A DNA stretch of 64,000 bases from Takakia lepidozioides (lineage: Eukaryota; Plantae; Bryophyta): contig CM060732.1 in assembly GCA_030704615.1 (NCBI GenBank), positions 27,404,001 through 27,468,000 of the forward strand, in the 5' to 3' direction. This document shows positions 1-13,454 of the stretch, one piece after another. The position numbers and the translations under genes are program-made. Numbering within the stretch: the stretch's first letter is position 1; each line of letters opens with the position of its first letter. The notes beneath the pieces are model-generated. The model was not told the DNA's origin. It saw only the letters and a list, made by a program, of their open reading frames with translations, and did not search any database.

Positions 1-3000
1 CGCATTGCAAGCACAAACAAACGTGATGCGGTTGGGCTTTACCCCTTCCCGCATCATTTGCTCATAGGTCTCCAAAGCCTTCATCCCATGCCCCTGCTGT
101 GCATATCCTGCGACCATCACGCTCCACGACACCACATCTCGTTCAGCCATATTGTCAAACACTCCCTTTGCATATTCAATGCTCCCACATTTGGCATACA
201 TGTCCACCAGGGCAGTGTTAAGAATGACATCTGGTACAATTCCAGCTTTGACGATGTCATCATGCAGCTCTTTGCCCTTTTCCAGGGTTGCCATGCTCGC
301 ACATGCATTGCAAATGCAAACATATGTGAAGTGGTTGGGCTTCACCCCTTCCCACATCATTTGCTCATAGGTCGCCAAGGCCTCCATCCTGTGCCCCTGT
401 TGTGCATATCCTTTGATCATCACGTTCCATGACACCACATTTCGTTCAGCCATATTGTCAAACACTCCCTCTGCATCTTCGATGTTGCCGCATTTGGCAT
501 ACATGTCCACCAGGGCCGTGTTCAGGACGACATCTGGTACAATTCCAGCTTTGATGATGTCACCATGCACCTCTCTGCCCTTTTCCAGGGCTGCCAGGCT
601 TGCACACGCATTGCAAACGCAAACAAACGTGATGTGGTTTGGCGTCACCCCTTCCTGCATCATTTGCTCATAGATCTCCAAGGCCTCCACCCCTCGCCCC
701 TGCTGTGCATATCCGGACATCATTGCGTTCCACGATACAACATTTCGTTCTGTCATATTGTTGAAAACTCCCTTTGCATCTTCCATGCGCCCACATTTGG
801 CATACATGTCCACCAGGGCAGTGTTCAGAATGACATCTGGTATAATGCCAGCTTTGACAATGTCACCATGGACCTCTTTGCCCTTTTCCAGGGCAGCCAG
901 GCTCGCACATGCATTGCAAACGCAAACAAACGTGATGTGGTTCGGCTTCACCCCTTCCTCCATCATTTGCTCATATGTCTCCAAAGCATTCCTACCACAC
1001 CCATGCTTGGTAAATCCTGACATCATTATATTCCACGTGATCAAACATCGCTGAGGCATTCTGTTGAACACTTGGTGAGCATCCACGATGCTCCCACACT
1101 TAACATACATGTTGACAAGAGTGTTGTGTACAAAAAGGTTGGGTTTAAATCCAGTTTGGATAATGTGAGCGTGCACCTGCTTTCCTGCTTCCAGGCTTTT
1201 AATCTTGATGCATTTATGCAAGAGACAGACATAAGTATCTAAATCTGATGAATTGCCTCCTTGCTTTAAAGTCTGTAGCGCCTCTTTCAGTCGCCCTGCC
1301 CCACACAGCATCCTCACATGCCCAGAAGTGCCAGAAGGGGCATTGTGGACTCCCTCTCTTGATCCTTTCTCAGAGGCTGTGGTCATGGTCGAGGTGCCTG
1401 ATTTTATCCACTGTGCCGCTGCTGCTTCCAGTTGACCATCTGCCCATGCAGGTTTCTTGTAGCTATCGATCCACAGGGAATCATAGGTAATCTTGTGCTT
1501 GAAATCCGGCCCTCTTGGATGAATCTGGACCCACACTCTATCCCTGCTCCTTCAGCTATCCCTGCCTCTGCACAAATCATGTATAGATCCTTGCCTTGCT
1601 GCTAGCTGCTGACAATGACAGCCTAGATTTGTTCTAGCAAACCCCCAACCCTACTTACCACACCAGTTCCAATGGTCAATTGCTCCCAAGACTTCAAAAA
1701 AGTGCTTGGCAGAGAGTGGAACAATTCCCAACAGAGCTATGCATTGCTACTTCTTGTCTGCTTGTGTGTGTAATCTACCAGGCATTCACCTTTTTGCCTC
1801 GATTGTCCCACCATTGACTGGGGTAGGAAAGATCTTCATTCCAAAGCTTCTCCTCGTATCTGTGATCTGTTTTTGGATACTTTCCTGTTACCACATTGGC
1901 AGTAACATGTCAGAATCACTCCAAACCACCATATATCCACCCAACGAGCATACTTAAAGAATTCAACATGAAAAATTAGGGGTGACTCTGATAAGAGGGC
2001 AAAGCAGGCTGAAATGTGTTTAAGAACAAAGTGCCCTCACCACATTGTCCTTGACCTCGTGTCATGAAAGAAAGTAGCTTTTCTTTCACCCATGGAGGAT
2101 TGAACCAACCATCAACCAAAAAGGACCTCTTGCTTGTGCTGCTTGTGTCTGTACTCAGTTGATCTTGGATTGGTCTGTGAGGAGAACCACCGCGGTGCAG
2201 CTGAGCAGCCTTAGATTTATATTCGGCCTCCTAAGACCAAGTTGACCCTCCAAGTACCTTGTAAACACCAGGAAAAATACCAAATCATGATATTAAAAGG
2301 AAGAGCCCACATATGCAGGAGGGACAAACTTCTTCACATTGTACTTTAAGAAAGCCACACCTTGCAATTGCAGTTGTCCCAACATTGCGAAGGATCTTTA
2401 AAAAACTCGTCCCTGCTCTGCTCCATGCTCCAGAGTACACCTTTGTGCCCAAATACCCAACACATCAACATTTTGACAAGTTCCTTTATGGAGGAGTGCT
2501 AGTGAACGTTCATGCGAGTCACTTTGGGCTCCACTGGACTTTACACAATGGGGAACATTCAAACATTCCAAACGTACACAGATGCTAAAACAGCTTATGT
2601 CTGTAGTCTGGAGATATTGGAGTGGTGTGTGAAAACGTCGAAGGAGCAGCTGAGCAGCCACAATCTCAACCCTCCCAACTACCTTAGAGAGTCCTTGCGC
2701 ATCCTTCTTTCATAGCCCTTCACAATACGATACGTACGGTACAACAGTTTTTGCAAAGCAAAGCGAGATGCTAACTTCACTCAACAACTACGGGTACAAT
2801 CCAGTCCACACAATACGATCATACAAGAGTTCGGTCAAACTCCCTCACACTCCTTCTCACCCTACATGAGGAAAGCTGACCTTGTCAACGCTACTATCCC
2901 ACCATTGTGAAGGATCCTTAAAGAACGCCTGCCAGCGCTGTTCCATGCTCCAGCGTTGACCTATGCGCAAGATATGCAGATTATCGGATGCGGAAAAGAC

Positions 3001-3066
3001 AATTCCGCGCCTGGATCCGACGGCGCATACATACAACACAGCGACACCAACAAAGGAAACCGCCAA
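1..3066 (-). CDS. PLS-class PPR protein (organellar RNA-editing factor type) with N-terminal OSB-like PDF motif; exons ~3066-2881 and 1524-<1, runs off the window
   Basis: The minus frame from 1524 reads IHPRGPDFKHKITYDSLWID...GKQVHAHIIQTGFKPNLFVHNTLVNMYVKCGSIVDAHQVFNRMPQRCLITWNIMMSGFTKHG, with repeating P-L-S triplets. The upstream exon MEQRWQAFFKDPSQWWDSSVDK ends at a GT donor (2880), and a CAG acceptor lies at 1525-1527. The start codon is uncertain. Confidence 0.88.
2361..2450 (-). pseudogene. Degenerate duplicate of the PDF-motif exon inside the PPR intron
   Basis: Reads SMEQSRDEFFKDPSQCWDNCNCK followed by a GT donor, paralogous to 2881-2950. Confidence 0.7.
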
Positions 3067-4140
3067 GGGGTTTAGTGGTATTACCTAAGTTGAATGGCAT
3101 CCCTGAAGGCGCCATAGCCACCATATGCAAGGGACTCCTGCGCATCGCCAAGGGGGATCCCGCTTTCAGCTCCACAGCCCAGCTCTTTAATCCGGTGCAT
3201 GACGCAAGGCCTCTCGCATGACCGAACCGACACGAGAGGGTCTGCGTATGGAGTGGGCATGCGCGTGCAGGAGAACGCGGGAAAACCCTGCGGTCCCCGC
3301 CCGGTGGGTGAGTGAGTGTCAAAAAGATATGTCGTTTGCGTTCAAAGCCTGGATGGCTCGCGATCATAGCGGGATTCAAGGGCCAGTGCGTTGTCGTTGA
3401 GGTTCCTCAACACGTTCTCATCCAAAGGGGTAGCAGTTGGTGGACAGTCGACCCGCAGTCCTTGAAGTGTGCTCGGTCTCAATCCTTCACAATTCCAACT
3501 GTGTATATTGTGAGGTTGTTCGAAGGGTTCAAGACCAAGGTCCTACCTTCAACTCAAGCACTCCTTGAATCCTTCTTCAGCCACTGTCAATGTCAATCCC
3601 ACCGGACGGTGCGCCGGTTGATCACTAATTTACTGGCGCCCCATATGTATGACCTTATCCCTCAATTTTATTGGCTCTTTCCTTAAGGGAGAGACCATGT
3701 AGAGGTGCTTTTCTCCTGATGTACCTTCACCACTTAATACTTACCTATCAAGATAATACCTTCCCCAATAAATAACCATAGACTATAGACTTTTTCATCC
3801 ATGTATTGTTATCCAAGGTGCAAGCGTAACTTATGGTGTCACTTGACCCCATAGGGCTACCATTGTTATCCATCCATCCATCCATCCAAGCCCTTGCGGA
3901 GGAGGAAAGTTTAACCTCCGTTTCATATCACAAGAGGAACCGTCGCCCTAGACCGACATGTCACGAAACGAACCATACACACAGGCCATAGCAGGAATTG
4001 AACCCCGAACCTGCACTTATCCAAGAGCTAAGAGAAATTTAGGTTTAGGAAACCAGAGACCTCGGTGGCTGTGCGCTCTCTTTCCCGGGTTAGCTTCTCT
4101 GCGGGCCTCCAAGGCGACCAGATTGCGAGCACAAGAGTGA

Positions 4141-4330
4141 GGCACTGTGGAGTAATAGCTATAAGAAATCTGCAACGTTAGATGGTCAATTGGAAGCAGT
4201 AGCTGCACAGCTGATAAAATTAGGCACTTCCACCATGGATACCACTTCCGAACAAGGAGCAAGAGAGGGAGTCTACAAGATCTTTGGCACTTACTGGCAT
4301 GTTCGGAAAGTATGTGAGGGAGGAAAGCGG
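4141..4330 (+). pseudogene. Inverted, decayed paralogous fragment of PPR exon 2
   Basis: ALWSNSYKKSATLDGQLEAVAAQLIKLGTSTMDTTSEQGAREGV matches SLWIDSYKKPAWADGQLEAAAAQWIKSGTSTMTTASEKGSREGV at ~1480-1340 (-). Confidence 0.75.
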
Positions 4331-6199
4331 TATGTTGTTGTTCTGAATGGTGAATAGAAGAAATTTCAGTTCAGTAGTTCCTAACTATTGGTGTCTTGAG
4401 CTCTTTGTGGATTTTAGCATAGCAATGGCACTCAACGATGGTTGTCTATATGGGCTTTCCGTTCATGCCATTGTCCCCCAAAAAAGCTAGAGACTGACGC
4501 TCTTTATGACCATGAGGTACATAGTTGTTGCACCTTTGTTCGCCAAATTGCAATATCTTGAGGCTGAACATAAAGCCTGGGTCCTGCTGGGGTCTAATTG
4601 CTAGGAAGCTCGCACATAGCAGATTGATGTTTGCGTGAAGAGCTTGCTGGAGGAAATATGAAAAACCTGAATTAATTGTTTATATGAAGGTAAGTCCCAC
4701 TTTTGGACTTAAATATCAGTAGTACCAAGAATGCCCTTCCCCCACCCATGTCACAAACTGGAAACAAGTTCAGGGTTTTATGCCTAAGTTTTGTTCGGAC
4801 ATTCTGCACGACTCCAACATGGCCTTACAAACATCGGCTTCCAAGTCAGCTTCATCTTAACAAGGTCAATTCGTCGGTTCCTCCTGCCTAATATTCAGGT
4901 ACTTGAAAATCTCTTCTTCCCTTTTTGTCAAGGCTTCACCTATTGAACATGACACTTTAGCTTCCAAGAAATAGATTCGATCATCTTAGGGTATCTGGTA
5001 TTAGGCATGTAATTGAACTGACCCCATCATCTGACCTTAAACTCTGCTACTCTGGTTGGCAAGGCTTGCCTTAGTTCCTGGCCAAGGGCTCCATTTTCCT
5101 TCTTGCTCCGTTCCACCAGCTCCTCTATTTCTCTTTCAGAATTCATCTTCTCAAATTGAAGCTCTGACTACAGGTATCATTGCATTGTGTAATTATAGAT
5201 TGCATCAGGTTTTGCACTAGTAATGTCACCTCACTGTCAGATGAACTGCCTTTCACAGAGGGAAGTGCTATTTTGAGATGAGGTTACGGGTTAGACATAC
5301 AGCATGTACTTGAACTTAGAACATAAATGTTGGCTATTACAGTGCAGTATGCAGGCCAAACAACTCTTAGTTTGTTCTTTTGTAGTTTGTTGACTTGACT
5401 TGAGTTTTTTTGGTGTCTATCTTTTCCTTAGCCCCACAACTTGAGGTCATGTGTAATTGGAATGTTTTTAGAGAGGTCTGTCGGGTAGCTCCTCATTCTG
5501 CCTATTTGTTAGGAACCCTTGCAACTGTTTGTGAGGGGATGATAGAGACGCAAACAGAGTCTTCACCGATGGACTTTGCCAATGGTGTGTTTCATTGCAA
5601 TGATGCAGGAGTATAGATGGAAGTTAAGAGCAGATGGAGCCTGGGCTGCATGTTGAAGATACAGAGAGCTCTCGCATTTCCCCATTGCTAGGGTTTGGGT
5701 TTGTTCTTCTCTCTTGAGGTGCTGATGTGATCATTCTGTGTCATCGATGTTACCTATCCCCAGCTAGACCAACAGACAATTGCTTTCCAATATGGTCGGT
5801 CTAGTGGCTTGAAATACTGTAAGTGTTGTGGCAAGGGAGAAATTTGCAGAGGCTGAGATTTCTTCTCGATTTCTTCTTTCTATAGAAGATGAAAGGATAT
5901 GCCATGTACCATGCTGGAACTGAAACTGTTTCTCAGAACAAATGGCACTACTCCAAGAGTCTAGGTGTTTATCCTCATGGCATTTTGTAGGATATTAGAG
6001 AACCAATATTTGTGCAGAGGTGAAGGGAAGTTAGAGTAACCGTTTGATTGCTTTTGCAAGAGATGGTGCTCGATGGCGGTGGCAAGGGATTCCCATTTCT
6101 CTCCAAACTGGTGTATTGAAGATGGAGGGTTGGCTGCCTCATCAGAATTCAGAAGAAAACTTGCTATGTGTATCTGATTCAAGTTATGCCAGGAGCTCC

Positions 6200-7700
6200 C
6201 TGAGTCGTGATTTTGATGCTATCAAACATGGAACCGTAGTTCCGTAACCAGGACCGGAGGCTCTTTTCAGAGCCTACCCAGATGCCAAAGCCGTCGTCAA
6301 TATAGCGCTTAAAATAAAGCAGCTCTCGCTCTGATGGGCACACGTACTCCATGTACATCTCCAACCGACAAAGGAACAAACAAGCATAAACAACTGCAAA
6401 GTTGCTCCCTATCGCCGTCCCGCGAATTTGGTGCCAAAAACTACCATTGAACTCAAGGTAATGGTGATTCAAGACTAATCCAGCGAGGATCATGATCAGG
6501 TCATTTTTGTGTTTCGTGAAATTACCTCCAATAGCACATTCGAGCTCGTACAAGCCGAGCTCGGTGATGATGCTGGGATACAGAGATTCCACGTCAAACG
6601 TAAAAAGAAGAGCATGCGAGGGGACCTCAAGTTGGGAAACCTCTCGAAGAAGCGTGAGAGAATCAACCAAATGAGTGGGTTCCTCGAGAAGTACCGGAAG
6701 AAGTTGGTGATGGAGCCAAATTGAAGCATGCTCGAAGATGTAGTTGTTGTAGGAACAAATGGGTTTCCAACAAGCACGGGTTTGTGCACCTTCAGAATGA
6801 AGTACAAAGCACGAGCTCGAAAGTCCATGGACGACTGAGGGCGTTGGCGGATGTAATTCCATTCTTTGGTGGAGATCGCAAACCTGTAGATTGGATGGCA
6901 AGCTAGCACTTCCAACCTCGACCTTAGTTCTTCCCACGGTACGGAATCCACGGGACGATAAACTTCGGTGTCTAAGAGTTGCCGCATCGCCTCTTGCATG
7001 TACCAAGACTTGTCCATAAGCACAAGACCAAGATTTTTGTCGGCCGGCTTGATGACAAGGTCCGGATCCAACCTCAATCTTTTGAGAGCAAGTCTCAAGT
7101 GTCTCGGCAGACAAGGTCGTGCATTGCGGGCGATTTGATCCAAACGGCTAGACAAAAGATCATTACCTTCTCGAATGATGGCCTCGAGCGGTTGAGATTC
7201 CAATGGCGGATTGAATGATGGATTCAGAACGCGCCAAAGAGGAACCTCATCGTTGTCTTTGTCGGAGAAGAACGTTCGCAACCTCAAGCTTCGAGCAAAA
7301 TTGTTGAATTCGGTGATGATTGAAGATCGGGAAGGGGGAAGAGGACGAGGAATGTAAATATTGAGACCAAGGCCCAGGAGTTGTCGCTTCGAACCCTCTT
7401 GCTATAGTTGTGGATAGCAGTGTTGGTGACCCTGCATTCCACTTCGGAGGGAGTCTTCCTAGCAAAGAGCAACAAAGCGTAAGCCTTCGGGTCTACGAGC
7501 GGGTACCAGAAGAGACTCCTCGTGTGCCCCCGCGTCTGTGAGGAGGTACGTATGGCCGCTTCGTCTTCGTCGTGGCCGGTTTTCGAGAAGGGACTTGGTT
7601 GATCCTCCCTCGAGTTCATCTCGAGCGATCAGAGGACTATGGGCATGCGCAAGCCTCTGCTGACCTAACCTTATCATCGATGACCTTATGCGGTAATCCC
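6200..7700 (-). pseudogene. PLE reverse transcriptase, frameshifted and truncated
   Basis: Motifs IKPADKNLGLV, KPICSYNNY, FTFDVESLYPSI, GTAIGSNFAVVYACLFL and YFKRYIDDGFGIW are spread across ORFs 7619-7284, 7287-6496 and 7114-6179. Confidence 0.9.
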
Positions 7701-8238
7701 TCCCATTCTTCCTTAGAGGTACGAACCTCTTTTTGAAGGTGGGGTTCAGGGTTCAGGGTTCATAAAAGAGTGGAGACAAATGTAGCAGTGCAACAGGATG
7801 CGGACCGCGAATGCACCGGGTGCAATAAGAACACAATCCGAACCAAAAAGTTTTTAGGGGGGCCGGGTATGGGCGCCTTGAAAAAACTTGTAGATATCTA
7901 GATCCTAAGAATCAAAACTAATAGCTTTGATCCAGAGAGACAGAAAGCTAGAAAAGAAGTGATGTTGAGATGTTCTAAGATGCAACTGCAAAGACATGCA
8001 AAGAGACAAATATATGTGATTGAAATTATTTCACTGAGATGAAAGGAGAATAATACCCTATCTCTTTTGCTAGAGAATAGACACAGTAGAGAACGACTTA
8101 GATTCTCATCTAACACGCAACACTCGAGAAGGAATTTAAAGCATGCAATAGATGATAGCAAACCTAAGGCTCAACAACATATAAGAAACATTGAGACAAG
8201 AACCCTTAGATGCAGAATAAAAGCCAATCTCTATAAAG

Positions 8239-8280
8239 TCCCAGACTAGTTTCACTCAACAAGTGAGCTCATCAGTGGGA
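8239..8280 (-). ncRNA. Minimal type I hammerhead ribozyme
   Basis: tccca-CTGATGA-gctca(cttgt)tgagt-GAAA-ctaGTC-tggga: stem I, core, stem II, palindromic CTAG stem III and a GUC triplet. Confidence 0.88.
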
Positions 8281-9369
8281 GAGAAATGGAATGAGGTACA
8301 CAGAGCCTCACCCCCAGCTTATATACTACTGTAAGGGGCTATCTCAAATAGGCACAAGACCAAAATAGGTAAAAGAAAGTTATTTCTATGTCTAGAATAG
8401 GAAAAAATTCTTTTTTGTGTCTAAAAAATAACTTTATGCCTAAATAGAAAAATGATAACTTTTAAAGCCTAAAACTGGCTTGACGAAAATCAATAATATC
8501 TCTCCAATATAATTGACTCTATTGTAACTTAACATAAGTAAGATAGGATTAAAAGATCCCTCAAGTTTTTTTTCAAACTAACAGCTTGTAGAAAGAAGCT
8601 AACTGTAGAATTTTAGCAAAGCACTAATGAAGTTTAGGGTTTAGGACGTCCCTAAGGTTTAGAATAGAACACACATGAGTGTTCAAGCTTCAGAATCAGA
8701 GGGGTCCACTTGCTGGTCAACTTCTGAGTAGGTTGAAAAGTCAATTGTGTAGCATGTACGTTGTGCAAAGTTACTAGGGCTCAGATACTCCAAGATAGAA
8801 GAGATTCGCGAGAGCCTCAAGGAGGTTAGCTATTTCATGAGCATGAGCGGCATGAGCGGAGTAGCAAGACTTTTCATGAGAAGAAGTACAAATTCTAGAA
8901 ATAAAAAACATTTAAAATATTATTTTAATGGAATGTGTCAGAAAAAACCAATATATTATTCATTGTTTGAAGGGAAAATTGTAGTTTAAAGAGACGTGCT
9001 CATGATATTTCGTCTTCCGCTCATGCGAATTCCGAGCGACATCTGCAAAAATGGCGCCGAATTTCGCGGTAATAGGGTCCGCAACCAGAAAAATCTACGA
9101 CGTATTTCGCGGTAATACGTGTCTCCGACAAAAAATGGTGCCGAATTTCGCGGCTATAGGTCCCAACATGACAGGTGTGTAAGCCCAAAATTTGGAAATG
9201 TGGCGCCGAATTTCGGTACATGGTGCCGGGGATTGCACAGATGTTGGGCAGTCCTGGGCCATGTAACTGGAAATCCAGCGCCATTTTTCCAGAAATGGCC
9301 CCACAACTGCTACTGTTGGAACTCAGTTTTCTGGAATATTGCCTGGAATATCCATATGGTGGATTTCTT

Positions 9370-12300
9370 TTGCCCCATCAATGATTTCTGGAATCCCGGA
9401 GGAGGAGTTTGTGCAGCTCGTTCACGCTCAACGCTGGTGGATGAATACCTCCTCAGGCAACATCACGGGACCACAAGGGAGCGTAGCGAATATTCTTGTC
9501 AGCTCGCCATGAATCCTCTTCTCCGCTAGGTGCCTCCTCAAGTCTTCGTCTCACTGGACGGGTGTGAACATCTCCTTCCAAGTGTTGGCCTCTTCGAAGT
9601 AATGGCGTGTCCAAAGGCCCTCTCACAAGGCTGCCACCCACTTCCGAGGATTCTTTGATCTGGAGGTAGTCCTCATCAGCATTTCTTGTCTGTCCTGCCC
9701 CAAGCCCCACTGTTTCCCTTTCAAGAACTCGTTGTACCTGCATTGCTGTATAATTGACCTCACAATGTCCTCCATTGTGGCAGTGACGATGTCCACCAGA
9801 TGCGCCGCAGAGGAGGCACGCCAGAAAGAATGCACTGATTCGGCCATGTTTGTCGTCGGCATGTCGGTGTCGGAGTCGAGACACATTTCCTGCACATGCA
9901 CATGTTGAGGTTACAAGCAAATTACAAATACTGACTAGCATAATATTCATCGGGACGCGAATTCATCCAACTCACCTCCCGCATATGGTCGCCGAACTGG
10001 AGGAAACGATAATGCCACCATGCTAGCCAATTGATCATTGCTCCCTCATCTGATTTTCTTTACAGCACCTGACGATGTCCACCAAGCCCGTATATATGCA
10101 AACTGTGTCTCTGCATCATCCAAGGCGGGAGCACGCTTCCACGCAAGACACATGGAACGGTGCTCCTCTCTAAAATCTGGCGCCACGAGCTTGGTTGTGT
10201 ACTACGACAAACTCTGCAGAAATTGGAACCCACAAGATCTCTCTTTGCCTTCCATCGGAACATTAGGGTCTTCCCCGTACACCCTTCGGATGGCAGCCCA
10301 ATTGCTTGTGCGTTGTCCGCCATGAAACCACGGAAATTGGGAGGGGGCAATCTCGCCCTGGCCATATGTTCGTTTATTCCCGGCCAAAGAAGAATCTCCG
10401 ATTGTGTGTCCTCTCCTTTCATCTCACAAATAGCAATTGTCATTAGCATCCTGCAGTGGGTGTTGTAGACATGTGCACCCATTGTCACCCACTGGTGATT
10501 TGTAGTTTGTTTGATATGGTCGAACATGACCCAACTGTTTGACAAGTCCCCACTTATCATCCGGTCGACCAGTTCGACGCCGCTGCCAGGCCCACACGTG
10601 GACATTTTGAATACGAAACAACGATCTACCTCAGTCCCTTGTCCTGGAAACCTACTTCCATGAATGTAGTCATATCCACATCATCGCTTCACCTCCAGAA
10701 TGGAGTGCATATCCGAGCCATGCCCAATTTTCTGTTTGCAGGAGACAATGTGGTTTCGGACATTCGGTGAACAAACATGGGACACTGACTCCAGCAATGC
10801 CTCCATTTCCTTGTCATCGAGAGGAACTATGTGGGAGCCGTCTTCCGACATAATTCTAGCCAATGTTATCTTATGGGGCGGCCTGCAGCTATATCTGTTT
10901 GGGTTTGGCACCAGGTCTCAACTTAACTTCCTCTTGAACGAGCTACTCTGCCTCGTGGGCAGCCTCCCGCAAGTTTCCCCTTGCCAATTTGTGACAATGG
11001 GAACCAACGTGTATGCAAGCTCGTGTGAGGTCAGGGAAACAGTGCAACACATAGAACTGTTTGGTATTACAAACAGACATGCAATGTGGTGGTTCTTTGC
11101 AATGCGCACACTTAAATGTGGAGTTTGGAACCTTCTCTTGAGCTTGAAATGGTTGATGAGCTGTGCTTGTCCAATCCGTCTCGTTCCTGTGACCTCTGGA
11201 TTTAAAGTGGAAGCAAGTTGGGGAGAAACACTGCAATGCGCCCGCACAAACAACGTAGCGTACCCGCACACCATCGAGCAAGTTCATGCTGGTGGTTTTG
11301 GTGACGCACCAAGGATGACCGTCATGTTTTCTATCCATGTCTGTCAACATTCCGGACGCCCTCGAATAGTCCGTTCGAGGAGGGAACTCAAAGAAGATAT
11401 TACCGTCGACGTCTACGGGAAGACATGTAACGGATTTAATTGCGAACTTGCGGTAGTCCAGCCTAGCCAGCTCCGAGTGGTGTCCCTCCATGTGAAGCCC
11501 TCGCAGAATTTCAAGAATGGATCGAACTGTTGTGCTCGTGCTGGGAATATGACTCCCTCGTCCGCTGATGTCCATTGAGGACTTGCCTGATATCCAGGAC
11601 GATCTCGGAACTTCCATGACCTCGTCTGAGTCGGACAGGTTGTGAACAACCCGGTTCTCGCTCGTCTTCATTGATGGGTTCGGCTCTGGATTTACTTCGT
11701 TGCGGACTTCTCTCTTTGAGGTACCCACTCTCTGATTCGCGAATTGTTTCGTGGAAGACGCCAGGATAGAAGGTGCATTTGGCGGGCAAATGAAGTCCCA
11801 ACAGCCCTGTATATGACATTGTCCGATGGTGGAACTCGCCATTCCTTGCCGTCGCCAAAATCATCGTGGAGCACAACAATACTTTCGACTACAACTCCGT
11901 TTGAATCTTGCATTTCCTCCTCCAAAAATACCGACCCCGGTTTCAGGTGGTATCGAACGCAGAGATATTTCTCCATCACCCGGCAGATGTCCCCTCTGCA
12001 CGGAAATGTAGCTCTATGCTCATGAGGAGGGCAGTACACTATAGCGCTCGGTTTTCTGCCATGGGAGATGTGCACAAAAGACTGCCAGGATGGCGTTCGG
12101 GCAAGCGCCTTGGGAGAAGGGGGATGCAGCGAGGGGAACAAATGTAGGGCCGATTTTTCCGAGCGACGAAGCCTATTCACGAATCCAGGGAGTCCACTCT
12201 CCCAAAAATCCAATGTCGGAGTGTTAATGAACCTTGTCTCCGGAATGCGGCCCCTGGCCTTTGCGCAATAACTGCCAACGGTATGCAGTCAGAAGGTATA

Positions 12301-13202
12301 TGACCAGTGCAGATGCGCTGCGCAAACCAATAATTGTGGCGTCTGACAAGAAGCGTGGGGGGCGACCGTGCAAGCACCTTCCCCAGAGGGAACTGACAAA
12401 GGTGGCATTCCAGTGGGTCTGATTGCAAGATTGAGTGCCAGACCCTCGTTGCCAAAAGTCAACATTCAACAAAATGCCACATTGCACAAAAAGTGGAACT
12501 TTGGTTCAAATGAGACATTTTTATCAATAATGAACTGTGACAAGTATGCATGCCCTCACAAACCGAGGGAAGCCAAAAGTATGCATGGAATCCATGCTCA
12601 GGTAAGTTGGAAATTTGCTCCCGTGTTGCACTGTTCTCACCAAGAAGCTGGAACCTCGATTGGCCTCTCAACAAGTTCATGACTGACAGGGTGTCGGTAG
12701 GTGAAGACAATGGATGCAACCCATTTGTCTTTGGTGTAGTGGACAACGGTGTCATGTCCTCCGATATATGCACCATCGTAAATCGAGATCTTTGCTGTGG
12801 AGACTTTGTGTCCATAGGACTCATCCTCGTAGCTTATGAAAATGTCCCCATACACTGTTTGGGATGGAATCATGTCTGGCATGTACGTACACCCGATGCA
12901 ATCCTCGTAGGCCCACTGGCAGCACCTCCAATGATGTAGTAAGGCTGTGCGGCTTTTGGGGATGTTCCATGCAGGCGAATAGTGCAGATCAACGATTCGC
13001 AGGCACCACAACCGCGCAAGCCCGTCCCCGCGAGGCTGATCGTGGAAGCCAGGAAGGTACTCAAGAGTGGACAGGTGCACCCTCCTCTGCTAAGAGAGGT
13101 CTATCCAATCCCGCAGGTATATGAAATATCCCCTGACTTGGGCAAGAAGTCCCACGGGGTAAGATGCTTGTTTGGGCAGTTGCTTGGATCCTGGCACGCC
13201 AT
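9370..13202 (-). pseudogene. MULE transposase copy A, multi-exon, frameshifted, SWIM region deleted
   Basis: DDE-type motifs WVMFDHIK / FRGFMADNAQA / CGFQF (CxxH position) / TTNMAESVH, with a Cys/His-rich GCM-like segment at 11842-10943. About 0.9 kb present in B and C is missing near 9440. Confidence 0.8.
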
Positions 13203-13454
13203 CGCCGACTATTGAAAGGGTTGCCAGGAAGCAGACAGGGTGCGCAGGGAGGGGGGAGTGTGGGGAAGCTGAAGTGAGAGGAGCTCGGAGCGAGGAAGTG
13301 TTGTTGTTGTCTCGGTTTGAAACGCGTGGGTCACGATCGAAGGTTGGGCGAGTGGCAAAGAAAAAGAGCAACATTTAATATAACCGTACCCAGGAATGAG
13401 GGGCATAATTTAATTCGACGTGGCGTCCAATCGGAGGGTGACGGCCCCACGTGC

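Larger units (their letters stand above)
6200..8821 (-). mobile_element. Penelope-like retroelement (PLE), tandem arrangement: decayed ORF C-terminus + terminal repeat (8821-7741) followed by a frameshifted RT ORF (7740-6200, 3'-truncated)
   Basis: Contains PLE RT motifs, a hammerhead at 8239-8280 and (TTCAGGG)n at 7741-7761. Region 8521-8820 aligns by eye with the ORF end at 55910-56215. Confidence 0.85.

Noticed and set aside
58-1054. Plus-strand His-rich ORFs
   Set aside because: Antisense shadows of the PPR gene.
3975-4025. tRNA/SINE-like B-box (GGTTCAATTCC on minus)
   Set aside because: No cloverleaf, A-box or second copy could be supported.
4750-6180. Exon-like coding remnants (also 21300-21800 and 60436-61200)
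   Set aside because: No recognisable family and no consistent gene model by eye.
10700-11578. 292 aa plus-strand ORF (and equivalents at 27805 and 45545)
   Set aside because: Antisense to the transposase, whose motifs are on the minus strand.
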